DNA of 32,000 nucleotides from Candidatus Methylomirabilis oxygeniifera (GTDB lineage: Bacteria; Methylomirabilota; Methylomirabilia; Methylomirabilales; Methylomirabilaceae), in contig FP565575.1 in NCBI GenBank assembly GCA_000091165.1, forward strand, positions 600,001-632,000. Direction: 5' to 3'. Positions 1-8,815 of this stretch are shown piece by piece; the first letter of the stretch is position 1, and every line of letters begins with the position of its first letter. Both the position numbers and the translations under genes were made by a program. The notes beneath the pieces were generated by a model. It was given only the letters and a program-made list of their open reading frames with translations, did not search any database and was not told the DNA's origin.

Positions 1-255
1 GTCGGGAGGGTCCTGCATCAGATGGAGGCGTTCGGTGTCGTCGAGTCGGTGAAGGCCGTCTCCGACCTGTACTGTCCGCTGACCGGTGAGGTGCTTGAGG
101 TCAATTCCTCGCTCGAATCGAGCCCGGAGCAGATCAACGCCGATCCCTACGGAGGGGGATGGATCATCGCGGTACACATCGCTGATCCCAGGGAGCTGGC
201 GAATCTGATGTCCGCTGAGGAGTACAAAGCCTTTCTGGCGGCGGAGGAGCACTGA
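1..255 (+). CDS. gcvH: Glycine cleavage system H protein, C-terminal part (5' end outside window)
   Basis: Frame 1 is open from base 1. Lipoyl-lysine context VESVKAVSDLY. TGA stop overlaps the next ATG (TGATG). Sits directly upstream of gcvPA/gcvPB. Confidence 0.85.
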   Translation, partial: VGRVLHQMEAFGVVESVKAVSDLYCPLTGEVLEVNSSLESSPEQINADPYGGGWIIAVHIADPRELANLMSAEEYKAFLAAEEH

Positions 256-1604
256 TGCAGTACATCCCGAATACGGAGGCCGACTGTCGCGCGATGCTGG
301 ATGCCATCGGCGTCCGGTCAAGCGAGGAGCTGTTTGCCGACATCCCCTCCAAGCTCAAGCTCAAGCGAGGACTGAACCTGGCGCCGCCACTGTCCGAGAC
401 CGGACTGCGACGGCATATGAAGGAGTTGGCCGGCCGGAACGCGGACGTAGAACAATACCCCTCCTTTTTGGGGGCAGGCGCCTACAATCACTTTATCCCT
501 GCTGCTGTCTCCCACCTGGTGTTCAGATCGGAGTTCTACACCGCGTATACGCCCTACCAGCCGGAGCTGTCGCAGGGGACACTCCAGGCGATCTACGAGT
601 ACCAGACGCTGATCTGCCAGCTTACCGGCATGGAGGTAGCCAACGCGTCGATGTATGACGGTTCCAGCGCCCTGGCCGAGGCGGTGCTGATGGCTCACAG
701 GATCAACGGCCGCCAAGAAGTGGTGCTGCCCATGGCCGTGCACCCGGAGTACCGGACGGTATGCCGCACCTACGTGAGCAAGCTTGGCATCGATCTGCAC
801 GAGGCGCCCTATACGGACGAGGGTACGACCGACCTGAAACAGGTGAAGGCGGCGCTGTCGGATCGCACCTGCGCCGTTGTGGTCCAGAGCCCGAACTTCT
901 TCGGAGTTCTGGAGTCGCTCGATGAGCTTGCGGAGGCCGCTCGCCGCGTCGGGGCGCTCCTGATCGTGGTTGTAGCCGAGCCGGTCTCGTTCGGCATCGT
1001 CCGATCCCCGGGCGAGTGCGGGGCGGACATCGTTGTGGGGGAGGGTCAGGCGTTCGGAAATCCTCTGAACTTCGGCGGTCCCTATCTTGGTTTCTTCGCG
1101 TCGAAACAGGCCTATGTCCGCAGTATGCCGGGTCGTTTAGTCGGCCGGACCGAGGATAAGGTCGGGAGGCCGGGTTACGTCCTGACACTGTCTACCCGAG
1201 AACAACATATTAGGCGGGAGAAGGCGACGTCCAACATCTGCACGAACGAAGGGTTGTGCGCCCTGGCTGCGACCGTTCACCTGTCGCTATTGGGGCGAGC
1301 CGGGCTCAGGGAGCTGGCCCTGCTGAACCTCCGCAAGACGGCCTATGCCAAAGACGCGATCTCTCAACTCCGCGATTACGAGCTTCCGTTTGCGGGTCCT
1401 ACCTTCAATGAGTTTGTGGTGCGGGTGAAAAGGCGGACCCCGGCCCAGGTGAATCGCGCGCTGCTGGCCAAAGGCATTATCGGCGGTGTGGAGCTGGGCC
1501 GGTTCTACCCGGAGCTTTCGGATTGCCTGCTCCTCTGCGTGACGGAGCAAAACAGTCGCGAGGAGATCGACGCGCTCTGTAAGGCAATGGGAGGTAAGCG
1601 ATGA
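255..1604 (+). CDS. gcvPA: Glycine dehydrogenase (decarboxylating) subunit 1
   Basis: 449-aa ORF with P-protein N-terminal-subunit motifs (FLGAGAY, YTPYQPELSQG, EQHIRREKATSNICTN). Coupled to gcvH and gcvPB by overlapping start/stop codons. Confidence 0.95.
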   Translation: MQYIPNTEADCRAMLDAIGVRSSEELFADIPSKLKLKRGLNLAPPLSETGLRRHMKELAGRNADVEQYPSFLGAGAYNHFIPAAVSHLVFRSEFYTAYTPYQPELSQGTLQAIYEYQTLICQLTGMEVANASMYDGSSALAEAVLMAHRINGRQEVVLPMAVHPEYRTVCRTYVSKLGIDLHEAPYTDEGTTDLKQVKAALSDRTCAVVVQSPNFFGVLESLDELAEAARRVGALLIVVVAEPVSFGIVRSPGECGADIVVGEGQAFGNPLNFGGPYLGFFASKQAYVRSMPGRLVGRTEDKVGRPGYVLTLSTREQHIRREKATSNICTNEGLCALAATVHLSLLGRAGLRELALLNLRKTAYAKDAISQLRDYELPFAGPTFNEFVVRVKRRTPAQVNRALLAKGIIGGVELGRFYPELSDCLLLCVTEQNSREEIDALCKAMGGKR

Positions 1605-3178
1605 CGGATGAGGTGCGAGGCAAATCCCCCCTCGCCCCCCTTTACGAAAGGGGGGATGGGGGGTTTTCATGCGGGCCAAGTGCCACAGGCGAGAACGAGG
1701 AGGTCGTTGCCCAGGGACTCGCCTTCAATGAGCCGCTCCTGTTTGATCAGGGATCACGGGGGCGGGTGGGCTGTACACTTCCTGAGTGCGACGTTCCGGA
1801 GCTGAAACCGGAGCGGCTGCTTCCCAGAAAGCTTCTCCGGCACGACATCCCCGGTTTCCCTGAACTCTCCGAGGTCGAGGTGGTCCGGCATTTTACGCGG
1901 CTATCACAATGGAATTACGGAGTCGATACGGGCTTCTACCCATTGGGCTCCTGCACCATGAAGTACAACCCGAAGATCAATGAGGAGGTGTGGCGGCTGC
2001 CGGGCTTTTCATGTGCGCACCCATACCAGCCGGAAAGTCTGATCCAGGGTGCTCTTGAACTGATGTATGAGCTGGAGCAGTGCCTGGCCGAGGTGAGCGG
2101 GATGGACCGGGTGTCACTCCAACCGGCCGCCGGCGCCCAGGGGGAGACCTTGGGCATAATGCTGATCCGGGCGTACCTGGAATCGAAGGGCAATCCGCGG
2201 AAGCGGGTCCTGGTCCCTGACTCCGCCCATGGCACCAATCCCGCGAGTTCCACCATCTGTGGCTACGAGGTGCTGCAGATCAAGTCCGGCCCGAACGGCC
2301 GCCTGGATCCCAAGGCCGTGGCCGACGCCATGAACGAGGACGTGGCCGCCATCATGGTGACGAACCCCAATACCCTTGGGCTCTTCGAGGACCAGATTGC
2401 TGAGGTTGCCAAGATCGTTCATGCGAAGGGCGGGCAGGTCTACTGCGACGGCGCCAACCTGAATGCCATCATCGGGATCTCACGACCTGGCGACACGGGA
2501 ATCGACGTGCTGCACATCAACCTGCATAAGACGTTTGCCGTTCCGCATGGGGGCGGCGGTCCGGGCGCTGGACCGGTGGGGCTCAAGGCGCATCTGGCGC
2601 CATTCATGCCGGTCCCGGTCATCGAGAAGAAGGGAAAGCGGTTCGTCCTGAATGAGGACCTGCCGTCAAGCGTCGGCAAGGTGCGCGCCTTCTATGGGAA
2701 CTTCGCAGCACTGGTCCGGGCCTACGCCTACATCCGTTCGCTGGGTCCATCGGGGCTGCGCCGCGTGGCCGAGGTGGCCGTCATCAATGCCAATTACATC
2801 ATGAACCAGTTGAAAGATTACTACCATCTGCCATACGACAAGTTCTGCAAGCACGAGTGCGTCTTCTCCGATGCGCGTCAGCTTCCGCACGGCGTCCAAA
2901 CCCTGGACATCGCCAAACGATTGATGGATTACGGCTTTCATCCCCCAACCATCTACTTCCCCTTGATCGTCAAGGGGGCCATGATGATCGAGCCGACCGA
3001 GACAGAGAGTAAGGAGACGCTGGATCAGTTCATTGCCGCCATGAAGCAGATCGCCGAGGAGGCCGAGCGCGACCCGGAGCTGGTTCGGTCCGCCCCGCAC
3101 AAGACCAGGGTCTCGCGGCTGGACGAGGCAAAGGCCGCCCGCCATCCGGATCTGCGCTGGAAGGGAAAGACATCCTGA
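1601..3178 (+). CDS. gcvPB: Glycine dehydrogenase (decarboxylating) subunit 2, with an unusual N-terminal extension of about 40 aa
   Basis: 525-aa ORF. PLP-lysine context INLHKTFAVPHGGGGPG and the MIEPTE motif. ATGA overlap with the gcvPA stop. After ATG 1601 and GTG 1613 I see no in-frame ATG/GTG/TTG before the conserved NEPLLFDQ region, so the GC-rich repeat at 1621-1669 is translated. Confidence 0.92.
   Translation: MTDEVRGKSPLAPLYERGDGGFSCGPSATGENEEVVAQGLAFNEPLLFDQGSRGRVGCTLPECDVPELKPERLLPRKLLRHDIPGFPELSEVEVVRHFTRLSQWNYGVDTGFYPLGSCTMKYNPKINEEVWRLPGFSCAHPYQPESLIQGALELMYELEQCLAEVSGMDRVSLQPAAGAQGETLGIMLIRAYLESKGNPRKRVLVPDSAHGTNPASSTICGYEVLQIKSGPNGRLDPKAVADAMNEDVAAIMVTNPNTLGLFEDQIAEVAKIVHAKGGQVYCDGANLNAIIGISRPGDTGIDVLHINLHKTFAVPHGGGGPGAGPVGLKAHLAPFMPVPVIEKKGKRFVLNEDLPSSVGKVRAFYGNFAALVRAYAYIRSLGPSGLRRVAEVAVINANYIMNQLKDYYHLPYDKFCKHECVFSDARQLPHGVQTLDIAKRLMDYGFHPPTIYFPLIVKGAMMIEPTETESKETLDQFIAAMKQIAEEAERDPELVRSAPHKTRVSRLDEAKAARHPDLRWKGKTS
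1621..1669. repeat. GC-rich double-stem palindromic element, copy A (AAATCCCCCC-N3-GCCCCCCCTTT-loop-AAAGGGGGG-N3-GGGGGGTTTT)
   Basis: Read directly. Related copies at 7570-7660 and 23881-23928. Lies inside codons 8-23 of gcvPB. Confidence 0.8.
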
Positions 3179-3195
3179 CTGCCTACGGACCCGAA

Positions 3196-3702
3196 TCAGG
3201 GCCTAACTTCCTGGGATAGTTGGGTCAGGATGCGGTCAGCCTCCTCGAACTGGAACTCGTTGAGGACATGGATGCCCGCTTGCCGAAGGAGGGCTGTGGT
3301 CACGCCCTGTCCCGGGACCCGTCGGGAAGTAAATGTGCCGTCGTAGATGAAGGACGTGCCACAGGACGGGCTGCCCTCTTTGAGGACCGCGACCCGAATC
3401 GACTTCCGCTGAGCGTACTCAAGCGCCTGCTGCGCACCGGCAACGAAGAAGGCGGAGACATTGCCGCCGTTCAGATTAAGGACCCTTCCGGTGCCCGACA
3501 GGACATTTAACCCACCCATCGCGCCTGCGATCTCAGCGGCCGGCCTTGGGATAGGCAACCCTCCCGCGACCTCCGGACAGAACGGCACGACGCGCCCTTC
3601 GTGCAGCCATCGTTGAAGGACGCTATCATGGCTCTGCGTGTGCTCGCCGTTGTGACGAACGCGCTCACCCAGCAGACACGCGCTCACCATCACTCGTTGC
3701 AT
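3196..3702 (-). CDS. DUF523 (YbbK-like) family protein
   Basis: ORF 3196-3771. The likely start is the internal ATG at 3702 (MQRVMVSACLLG). Conserved CPEVAGGLPIPRPAAEI and GSPSCG motifs typical of DUF523. Confidence 0.8.
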   Translation of the reverse strand: MQRVMVSACLLGERVRHNGEHTQSHDSVLQRWLHEGRVVPFCPEVAGGLPIPRPAAEIAGAMGGLNVLSGTGRVLNLNGGNVSAFFVAGAQQALEYAQRKSIRVAVLKEGSPSCGTSFIYDGTFTSRRVPGQGVTTALLRQAGIHVLNEFQFEEADRILTQLSQEVRP

Positions 3703-3828
3703 CGTGAGTTGTCCTGTACGCGACCTGGTAATCGCGCGTGAGGCCCCGCACCGATTATAACTAAAACCCAACCTCGGCCCCGAAGTGTGAGTCGCCGAGT
3801 GCAGCGCCTTATTCGGTGTCCACTCTGA

Positions 3829-4161
3829 TCAACTGAGAGCGAGGAAACCCGACTCATCGTCTGCCGCGACATCATGAATCGCTTGCGCCTGAGCCCTCAG
3901 AATGCAAGCCACCTCAGCGGTCGAGCAGTTGCCGAGCCGGATCCAGACTACCTTCGGTGGATGCCCAAGAATAAAGCTCATCTAGTGAAAGTCCGAGTCC
4001 TTGGAGACGATCGTGAAGTCATGACTGGCAGCGTAGGCCCAGACACACCCGTCGTCGGCCGCCTGGAGATCGACATCACGGACGTGACGGGACCCCGGGA
4101 AGAGATCCTCGATTACCTGAACCAGTCCGGGTGACAGGTTCTGATCGAGGAGGAGCTTCAT
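3829..4161 (-). pseudogene. DUF5615 (Mut7-C/PIN-like) toxin-partner gene interrupted by an in-frame TAG
   Basis: My translation: MKLLLDQNLSPGLVQVIEDLFPGSRHVRDVDLQAADDGCVWAYAASHDFTIVSKDSDFH-TAG(3982-3984)-MSFILGHPPKVVWIRLGNCSTAEV...LS. The ATG overlaps the DUF433 stop (ATGA). Both halves are under 60 aa, so they are absent from the ORF track. Confidence 0.65.
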
Positions 4162-4388
4162 GCGGCTGGCGGGATCCAGGTCATGCGGCGCTCACGATCG
4201 GCTGCAAAGGCCAGACATGCTCGGATGTCTTCGGCGGTGAGATCCGGAAAGTCAGCGAGAATCTCAGCCTCGGACATACCGGAAGCCAAGTAATCCAATA
4301 CATCGTAGACCGTGATGCGCAATCCGCGGATACAGGGCTTCCCGCCTCGCTTGCCGGGCTCAATTGTGATGTGTTTACGATAATCCAT
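4158..4388 (-). CDS. DUF433 domain protein (antitoxin-like partner of DUF5615)
   Basis: 76 aa. GKPCIRGLRITVYDVLDYLASGMSEAEILADFPDLTAEDIRACLAFA matches the DUF433 pattern. Overlaps the downstream DUF5615 reading frame. Confidence 0.8.
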   Translation of the reverse strand: MDYRKHITIEPGKRGGKPCIRGLRITVYDVLDYLASGMSEAEILADFPDLTAEDIRACLAFAADRERRMTWIPPAA

Positions 4389-4550
4389 GAGTGGAGTCTA
4401 GCGATACAGGACCGATCATGTCAAGGGTACGTGTACACCAACGACGCGCTCTAGCCGCGCCCGACGAGGGAAGCGCAAGAGGTGGCGTCTCAGCTTTCAG
4501 GAATCAACGTCCTCCGGCTTATGCCGCTCGCAGGCAGTGGTCGTGCCTTC

Positions 4551-4823
4551 TCATGTTTTAAACAGGTCAGAGTGTGTGCCCATTCTCTCGAAGTACATCC
4601 GATCACCGGCGAGTCTGTAAATCAACAGCCAATCGGACTCAATATGGCACTCACGGCGGCCGATGAAGTTACCGACGAGACGATGGTCACGGTAAATCAG
4701 ATCCAGAGGTTCCGCCGCAAGAAGGCTGCGGATAATGATCTTCAGTTTGTCGAAATTCCTACCACGACGACGGCTTCTCTCCAAGTCTTTAGCAAACTGC
4801 CGGGTATATACCGGCGTGTACAT
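4551..4823 (-). CDS. yafQ: Type II toxin, YafQ/RelE family
   Basis: 90 aa. YRDHRLVGNFIGRRECHIESDWLLIYR...GTHSDLF is the YafQ signature. ATGA-type overlap with the upstream antitoxin. Confidence 0.85.
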   Translation of the reverse strand: MYTPVYTRQFAKDLERSRRRGRNFDKLKIIIRSLLAAEPLDLIYRDHRLVGNFIGRRECHIESDWLLIYRLAGDRMYFERMGTHSDLFKT

Positions 4824-5083
4824 CAGATACCGAGTTTTCGGAACATGTCGTCTGCATCATCGCAGACGACCAGATCACGTCCGGTCTCGGAAGCTTCGAA
4901 TGTCCGTTTCGTGGTTGCTGTCGGAACGACGACATCGAATGGAAGTCCGTCACGAAGCTCAACTTGCCTGTAGAAAATCGTAATGGCTTGCGTTGCATTC
5001 AGGCCCAATCGGTGAAAGACGGATTCGGCGTGGTGTTTCAGGTCCGGTTCCAATCTGGCCCGTACCATTGCGGTCTTGCTCAT
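4823..5083 (-). CDS. dinJ: Type II antitoxin, DinJ/RelB family
   Basis: 86 aa. N-terminal ribbon-helix-helix-like VRARLEPDLKHHAESVFHRLGLNATQAITIFYRQV. Immediately upstream of yafQ. Confidence 0.8.
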   Translation of the reverse strand: MSKTAMVRARLEPDLKHHAESVFHRLGLNATQAITIFYRQVELRDGLPFDVVVPTATTKRTFEASETGRDLVVCDDADDMFRKLGI

Positions 5084-5171
5084 AATATCACCTCCATTTC
5101 CTCAAAATATTGTAGCGCAATTGGGGTACAGACACAAGTCGTCCCTTCGCGCTAACAACTTCGATCTCAGC

Positions 5172-5249
5172 GGCCGGCCTCGGGACAGGCAACCCTCCCG
5201 CGACCTCCGGACAGAACAGCACGACGCGCCCTTCGCGCATCCTATTACC
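5172..5249 (-). pseudogene. Orphan internal fragment of a DUF523 gene (duplicate of 3528-3605)
   Basis: 78 bp aligning to 3528-3605 with 4 mismatches by my count. Encodes EGRVVLFCPEVAGGLPVPRPAAEI with no start or surrounding gene body. Confidence 0.75.
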
Positions 5250-5311
5250 AACCTCAGCTACTGCCGAACGCCTGGGTTCAGGAACGGCCACCACAACGCG
5301 ACGCCGCGACT

Positions 5312-5665
5312 TCACCGAACGCCTCCGTGGTGGTCGCCTGGAGCCTCCCTGTTTGGCGCTTCCGCAGATCGCTGGCACGTGTTCCAGATCTCCTCGGACA
5401 CCGCTACGTAGATTTCAGGCGGCCCGGCGATGTCGGCGTCAAACCAGCGCACGAACTCCTCATAAACGATCCGATGCACATCACTTGCAGACGTGGCCTC
5501 GTGCAGGCGCGGCAAGATCGTGCTCACCTCCACATCGTACTCGTCATCCGGTGCGCCGATCGCGATGAGGCGAATCGGATCAGCCTCACGAACGAGGCGC
5601 GACACCTCGGCGTACAGCTCCCCGTACGCTTGTTTCAGCGATGCTCGTCTGTCTGCGCGACTCAT
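5312..5665 (-). CDS. Hypothetical protein
   Basis: 117-aa ORF with a plausible globular sequence (IGAPDDEYDVEVSTILPRL). No family recognised. The C-terminal tail looks like read-through into junk. Confidence 0.4.
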   Translation of the reverse strand: MSRADRRASLKQAYGELYAEVSRLVREADPIRLIAIGAPDDEYDVEVSTILPRLHEATSASDVHRIVYEEFVRWFDADIAGPPEIYVAVSEEIWNTCQRSAEAPNREAPGDHHGGVR

Positions 5666-5787
5666 TTTCCATGTGCCGAACAGATATTAGCCGACGGTTC
5701 TCGGACGGACTTTACGATATTGGTGCGTGAAGTATAATACGATATTTGTGACGCATCTCTTGGAACATCCTTGAATCCACCGGGTCC

Positions 5788-5829
5788 GACTGGATTCCGT
5801 GTCAAGCACGGAATGACGGGCCAGAACAG
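5788..5829 (-). repeat. 42-bp hairpin element (ATTCCGTG-loop-CACGGAAT core), inverted copy of 11486-11527
   Basis: Its reverse complement is identical over 42/42 nt to 11486-11527. Confidence 0.85.
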
Positions 5830-5975
5830 AAGACACCTCGCAGCTCGTTGCGTGGAAGTTCATTAAAACGCTGGCACAGATACCAACTATTGGATATTCT
5901 GCTGGATAGACCTGTATGTAGTTGCCATGTTCCGCCAGAGCTCTGATTGGGTATAGCAACGGAGGTGAGAAACCA

Positions 5976-6770
5976 GTGCGAACGGCGTTGACCATTGCCG
6001 GATCGGATTCCGGGGGTGGAGCGGGGATTCAGGCCGATCTGAAAACCTTTGCGGCCCTTGGGGTGTTCGGGACATCGGCGATCACGTCGGTGACGGCCCA
6101 GAATACAGTCGGTGTCCAAGGGGTGTATGATCTACCGCCCAAGTTCGTTGGCCGCCAGATCGACTCGGTGCTGGAAGATATCGCCATCGATGCGGCCAAG
6201 ACTGGGATGCTCTCCAGTGCAGCAATCATCCAGGTGGTCGCGGAGAAGGTGAACGCGTATCGGATCGAGCGGCTGGTGGTCGATCCGGTAATGGTGGCCA
6301 AGGGTGGGGCGCCACTCCTGCAATCTGATGCCGTAAAAGTACTTATCGAGCATCTGCTGCCACTCGCGCTCGTCGTCACGCCCAATGTACCGGAGGCCGA
6401 GGCGCTCACAGGGCTGACGATTACTGAGCTCAATGGGATGCGTCAGGCGGCGCGGCAGATCCACGACTTCGGTCCGAGGCACGTCGTCCTCAAGGGGGGC
6501 CACCTTGGCTGTCGTGCGATTGATCTCCTGTTTGATGGAAGTGGCTTTACGGAGTTTGACGCTGAGCGGATCGATACGCCGCACACGCACGGGACCGGAT
6601 GCGTGTTTTCTGCGGCTATCACTGTGGAACTGGCGAAGGGCAGTCCGGTTCCCGAGGCGATCGCCACTGCCAAGCGGTTCATTACGGCTGCTATCCGTCA
6701 TGGGTTTCGACTCGGCAAGGGAGTCGGCCCGACCGATCCGATGGCGGCCGCCGGAAGCCTTACACCGTAA
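5976..6770 (+). CDS. thiD: Hydroxymethylpyrimidine/phosphomethylpyrimidine kinase
   Basis: TIAGSDSGGGAGIQADLKTF, DPVMVAKGG and GTGCVFSAAI motifs. I prefer the GTG start at 5976, preceded by GGAGGTGA. The ORF is open from 5922. Confidence 0.9.
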   Translation: MRTALTIAGSDSGGGAGIQADLKTFAALGVFGTSAITSVTAQNTVGVQGVYDLPPKFVGRQIDSVLEDIAIDAAKTGMLSSAAIIQVVAEKVNAYRIERLVVDPVMVAKGGAPLLQSDAVKVLIEHLLPLALVVTPNVPEAEALTGLTITELNGMRQAARQIHDFGPRHVVLKGGHLGCRAIDLLFDGSGFTEFDAERIDTPHTHGTGCVFSAAITVELAKGSPVPEAIATAKRFITAAIRHGFRLGKGVGPTDPMAAAGSLTP

Positions 6771-6803
6771 AAACAGGGCAGAGGGTGTAGGGGATATTGA
6801 ATC

Positions 6804-7499
6804 ATGCACAATCGGACCCTGCATCGATGGGACGTCTCGCCGAAAGAAGCGGTGGCGATCCAGCTCACGCTGCGATCTCAGCTTTGTCTGCATGGGACAG
6901 GATCGTTCGCCACAGTCGCGGGGATCGATGTCGCGTACGACAAGCATTCGAGGCTGATGTTTGCCGGCGTCGTTGTCATGAGCGGCGATGGGTGTGAACT
7001 GCTGGATTGCGCCACCGCGACGGCCAACGCACAGTTCCCGTACATCCCTGGACTCCTATCGTTCCGGGAGATACCGCCGGTGATTAAGGCATGGGATCAA
7101 CTCAAGACGGTGCCGGAGTGCCTGATCTGTGATGGTCACGGCCTCGCCCATCCCCGCCGCTTTGGGCTCGCCTGTCATCTGGGCCTCGTACTCGATCTCC
7201 CTTCGATCGGGTGTGCGAAGAGTCGTCTAGTGGGGACGCACCAGGAGCCGCGGACACGTCGCGGGAGCGTTGCGCCGCTGCTGGATCAGGGCGAGCAGAT
7301 CGGCATGGTCCTACGGACGAAAGATGGAGTGGCGCCGGTCTTTGTCTCGCAGGGCGATCGGATCAGCCTGGATGCCGCCCTACAGACGGTGCTCGCAACC
7401 TGCCACGGCTATCGACTTCCGGAGCCTCAGCGACGCGCCCATCTGCTGGTCACGAAGATGCGACTGGCCGCCAAAGCGGGGAAGGATGAGGGAGGCTGA
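6804..7499 (+). CDS. nfi: Endonuclease V
   Basis: 231 aa. GIDVAY, IPGLLSFREIPPVI and DGHGLAHPRRFGLACHLG motifs. Confidence 0.9.
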   Translation: MHNRTLHRWDVSPKEAVAIQLTLRSQLCLHGTGSFATVAGIDVAYDKHSRLMFAGVVVMSGDGCELLDCATATANAQFPYIPGLLSFREIPPVIKAWDQLKTVPECLICDGHGLAHPRRFGLACHLGLVLDLPSIGCAKSRLVGTHQEPRTRRGSVAPLLDQGEQIGMVLRTKDGVAPVFVSQGDRISLDAALQTVLATCHGYRLPEPQRRAHLLVTKMRLAAKAGKDEGG

Positions 7500-7569
7500 T
7501 AGCTGACTAATTACGGAACGCTATTTTCCAAGGAACACCTTATACGACTGCGGCCGCACTACGGTGCAC

Positions 7570-7660
7570 GAAAACCCCCTCGATCCCCCTTTGCGAAAGG
7601 GGGAGGCAAAGAGGCGTATCAGTAATACCCCCCTTACGAAAGGGGGGTCAGGGGGGTTTG
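7570..7660. repeat. Compound copy of the GC-rich palindromic element: one outer stem enclosing two inner CCCCC-TTxCGAAA-GGGGG hairpins
   Basis: Outer arms are AAAACCCCC (7571-7579) and GGGGGGTTT (7651-7659). Inner hairpins centre near 7595 and 7638. The 68-aa minus-strand ORF 7521-7727 is just its translation. Confidence 0.75.
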
Positions 7661-7727
7661 TCCGAAGCTGAATGCTGACCGCTGATAGCTTCTTTTGGTA
7701 CAGTGAGAGCGAAAAGGGAGAAATCAT

Positions 7728-8498
7728 ATGGAATTAGGGCTGCGTGGGAAGGTTGTGGTGGTGACCGGTGGAAGCCGGGGGATCGGCAGGGCGATTGCTC
7801 TGGGCTTCGCCGAGGAGGGGTGTAAGCTCAGCATCTGTGGACGAGGTCTGCCGGCACTGGAAGAGGCGACTACGGCGATGAAAGCCTACGGGGTCGAACT
7901 GCTTGCAGTATCCACCGACCTCACCGATCCTCATGGAGCCGAGCGCTTCGTACAGGCGACGCTCGACCGGTATGGCCGGATCGACGTCCTGGTGAACAAC
8001 ATCGGCGGGTCGCGCCGCGGAGAGCTGGAAATCCTCTCAGAAGACGATTGGCGGGAAGCGTACGATCTGAACTTCTTTTCCACGCTGCGGATGGCCAAAC
8101 TGGTCGTACCGGTCATGAAGCGACAGGGCGGTGGGCGGATCATCAACATCGCCTCGATCTGGGGACGAGAGTCGGGAGGGGCGATGACCTACAACGCCTC
8201 CAAGGCGGCGGTGATTAGCCTCTCCAAGTCGCTCGCCAAGGAACTGGCGCCTCACAATATCCTGGTCAACAGCGTCGCGCCCGGTTCGACCCTCTTTCCG
8301 GGCGGCTCGTGGGACAGGCGGCAGCGCGAGAACCCGGCTCAGATCGCTCAGTTTATCAAGGATGAGCTGCCGCTGGGCCGATTCGGCCGCCCCGAGGAGG
8401 TCGCCGCCGTCGTGATCTTCCTGGCATCCCAACAGGCCAGCCTCGTGACCGGCGCATGCGTCACCGTCGACGGCTGTCAGTCGCGGTCGCTCATCTGA
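7728..8498 (+). CDS. Short-chain dehydrogenase/reductase (FabG-like)
   Basis: 256 aa. TGGSRGIG Rossmann motif, NNIG, YNASKAA catalytic motif. RBS AAGGGAGA. Confidence 0.9.
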   Translation: MELGLRGKVVVVTGGSRGIGRAIALGFAEEGCKLSICGRGLPALEEATTAMKAYGVELLAVSTDLTDPHGAERFVQATLDRYGRIDVLVNNIGGSRRGELEILSEDDWREAYDLNFFSTLRMAKLVVPVMKRQGGGRIINIASIWGRESGGAMTYNASKAAVISLSKSLAKELAPHNILVNSVAPGSTLFPGGSWDRRQRENPAQIAQFIKDELPLGRFGRPEEVAAVVIFLASQQASLVTGACVTVDGCQSRSLI

Positions 8499-8815
8499 CC
8501 GCCCGGCGTGGGCGCTGAATCCTGTGCAGGTATATTGAGATTGTCTTGGTCGGTGTTTGTGGGTGTGATAGTGACTCGAAACTGGTTGACAAGTCCCTTG
8601 AAGGGAAAGACAATCCCAGCAGGAACCGACACTCGAATGGCCGTCATATACTGATCAGCGCGCTTATGTCGGTGCGCGATCGGACGACGGCAAGTAACTC
8701 GGGCCGCTTCAAGCAGCGCGGTCTCATATTCGGCGACGCATCGATGGTCAGGGCTGGGGTAGGGTCTGGCGCTGTATCCAGGAACTGATTTCGACGAAGG
8801 ATTGGGAGGCGTATC

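Noticed and set aside
3874-4134. 86-aa plus-strand ORF.
   Set aside because: The opposite strand encodes a recognisable, though TAG-interrupted, DUF5615 frame coupled to DUF433.
4482-4973. 163-aa plus-strand ORF.
   Set aside because: It is antisense to the well-supported yafQ/dinJ pair.
5840-5975. Possible TPP riboswitch upstream of thiD.
   Set aside because: I could not find the conserved CUGAGA / ACCUGAUCUGGAUAAUGCCAGCG-type core on either strand. There is only a vague CTGGATA resemblance.
6132-6947. Long antisense or shadow ORFs. Examples: 6132-6947(-), 318-800(-), 9707-10684(-), 12446-13336(-), 21679-22581(+), 25368-26102(+), 28508-29314(+), 30765-31331(+).
   Set aside because: Each lies opposite or out of frame to a gene with clear family motifs. 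Their sequences are Arg/Pro/Gly-rich, low-complexity and typical of GC-rich non-coding frames.
7521-7727. 68-aa minus-strand ORF between nfi and the SDR gene.
   Set aside because: It is simply the translation of the compound GC-rich palindromic repeat (PPDPPFVRG...SPFRKGGSRGF). The same peptide-like strings appear wherever the repeat occurs.
8499-8815. Minus-strand ORF 8477-8872 and the 317-bp gap after the SDR gene. I looked for a recombinase remnant that could explain the SDR-end duplications.
   Set aside because: No tyrosine- or serine-recombinase motifs are recognisable in any frame. The ORF overlaps the MNT start and has no family signature. Left unannotated.
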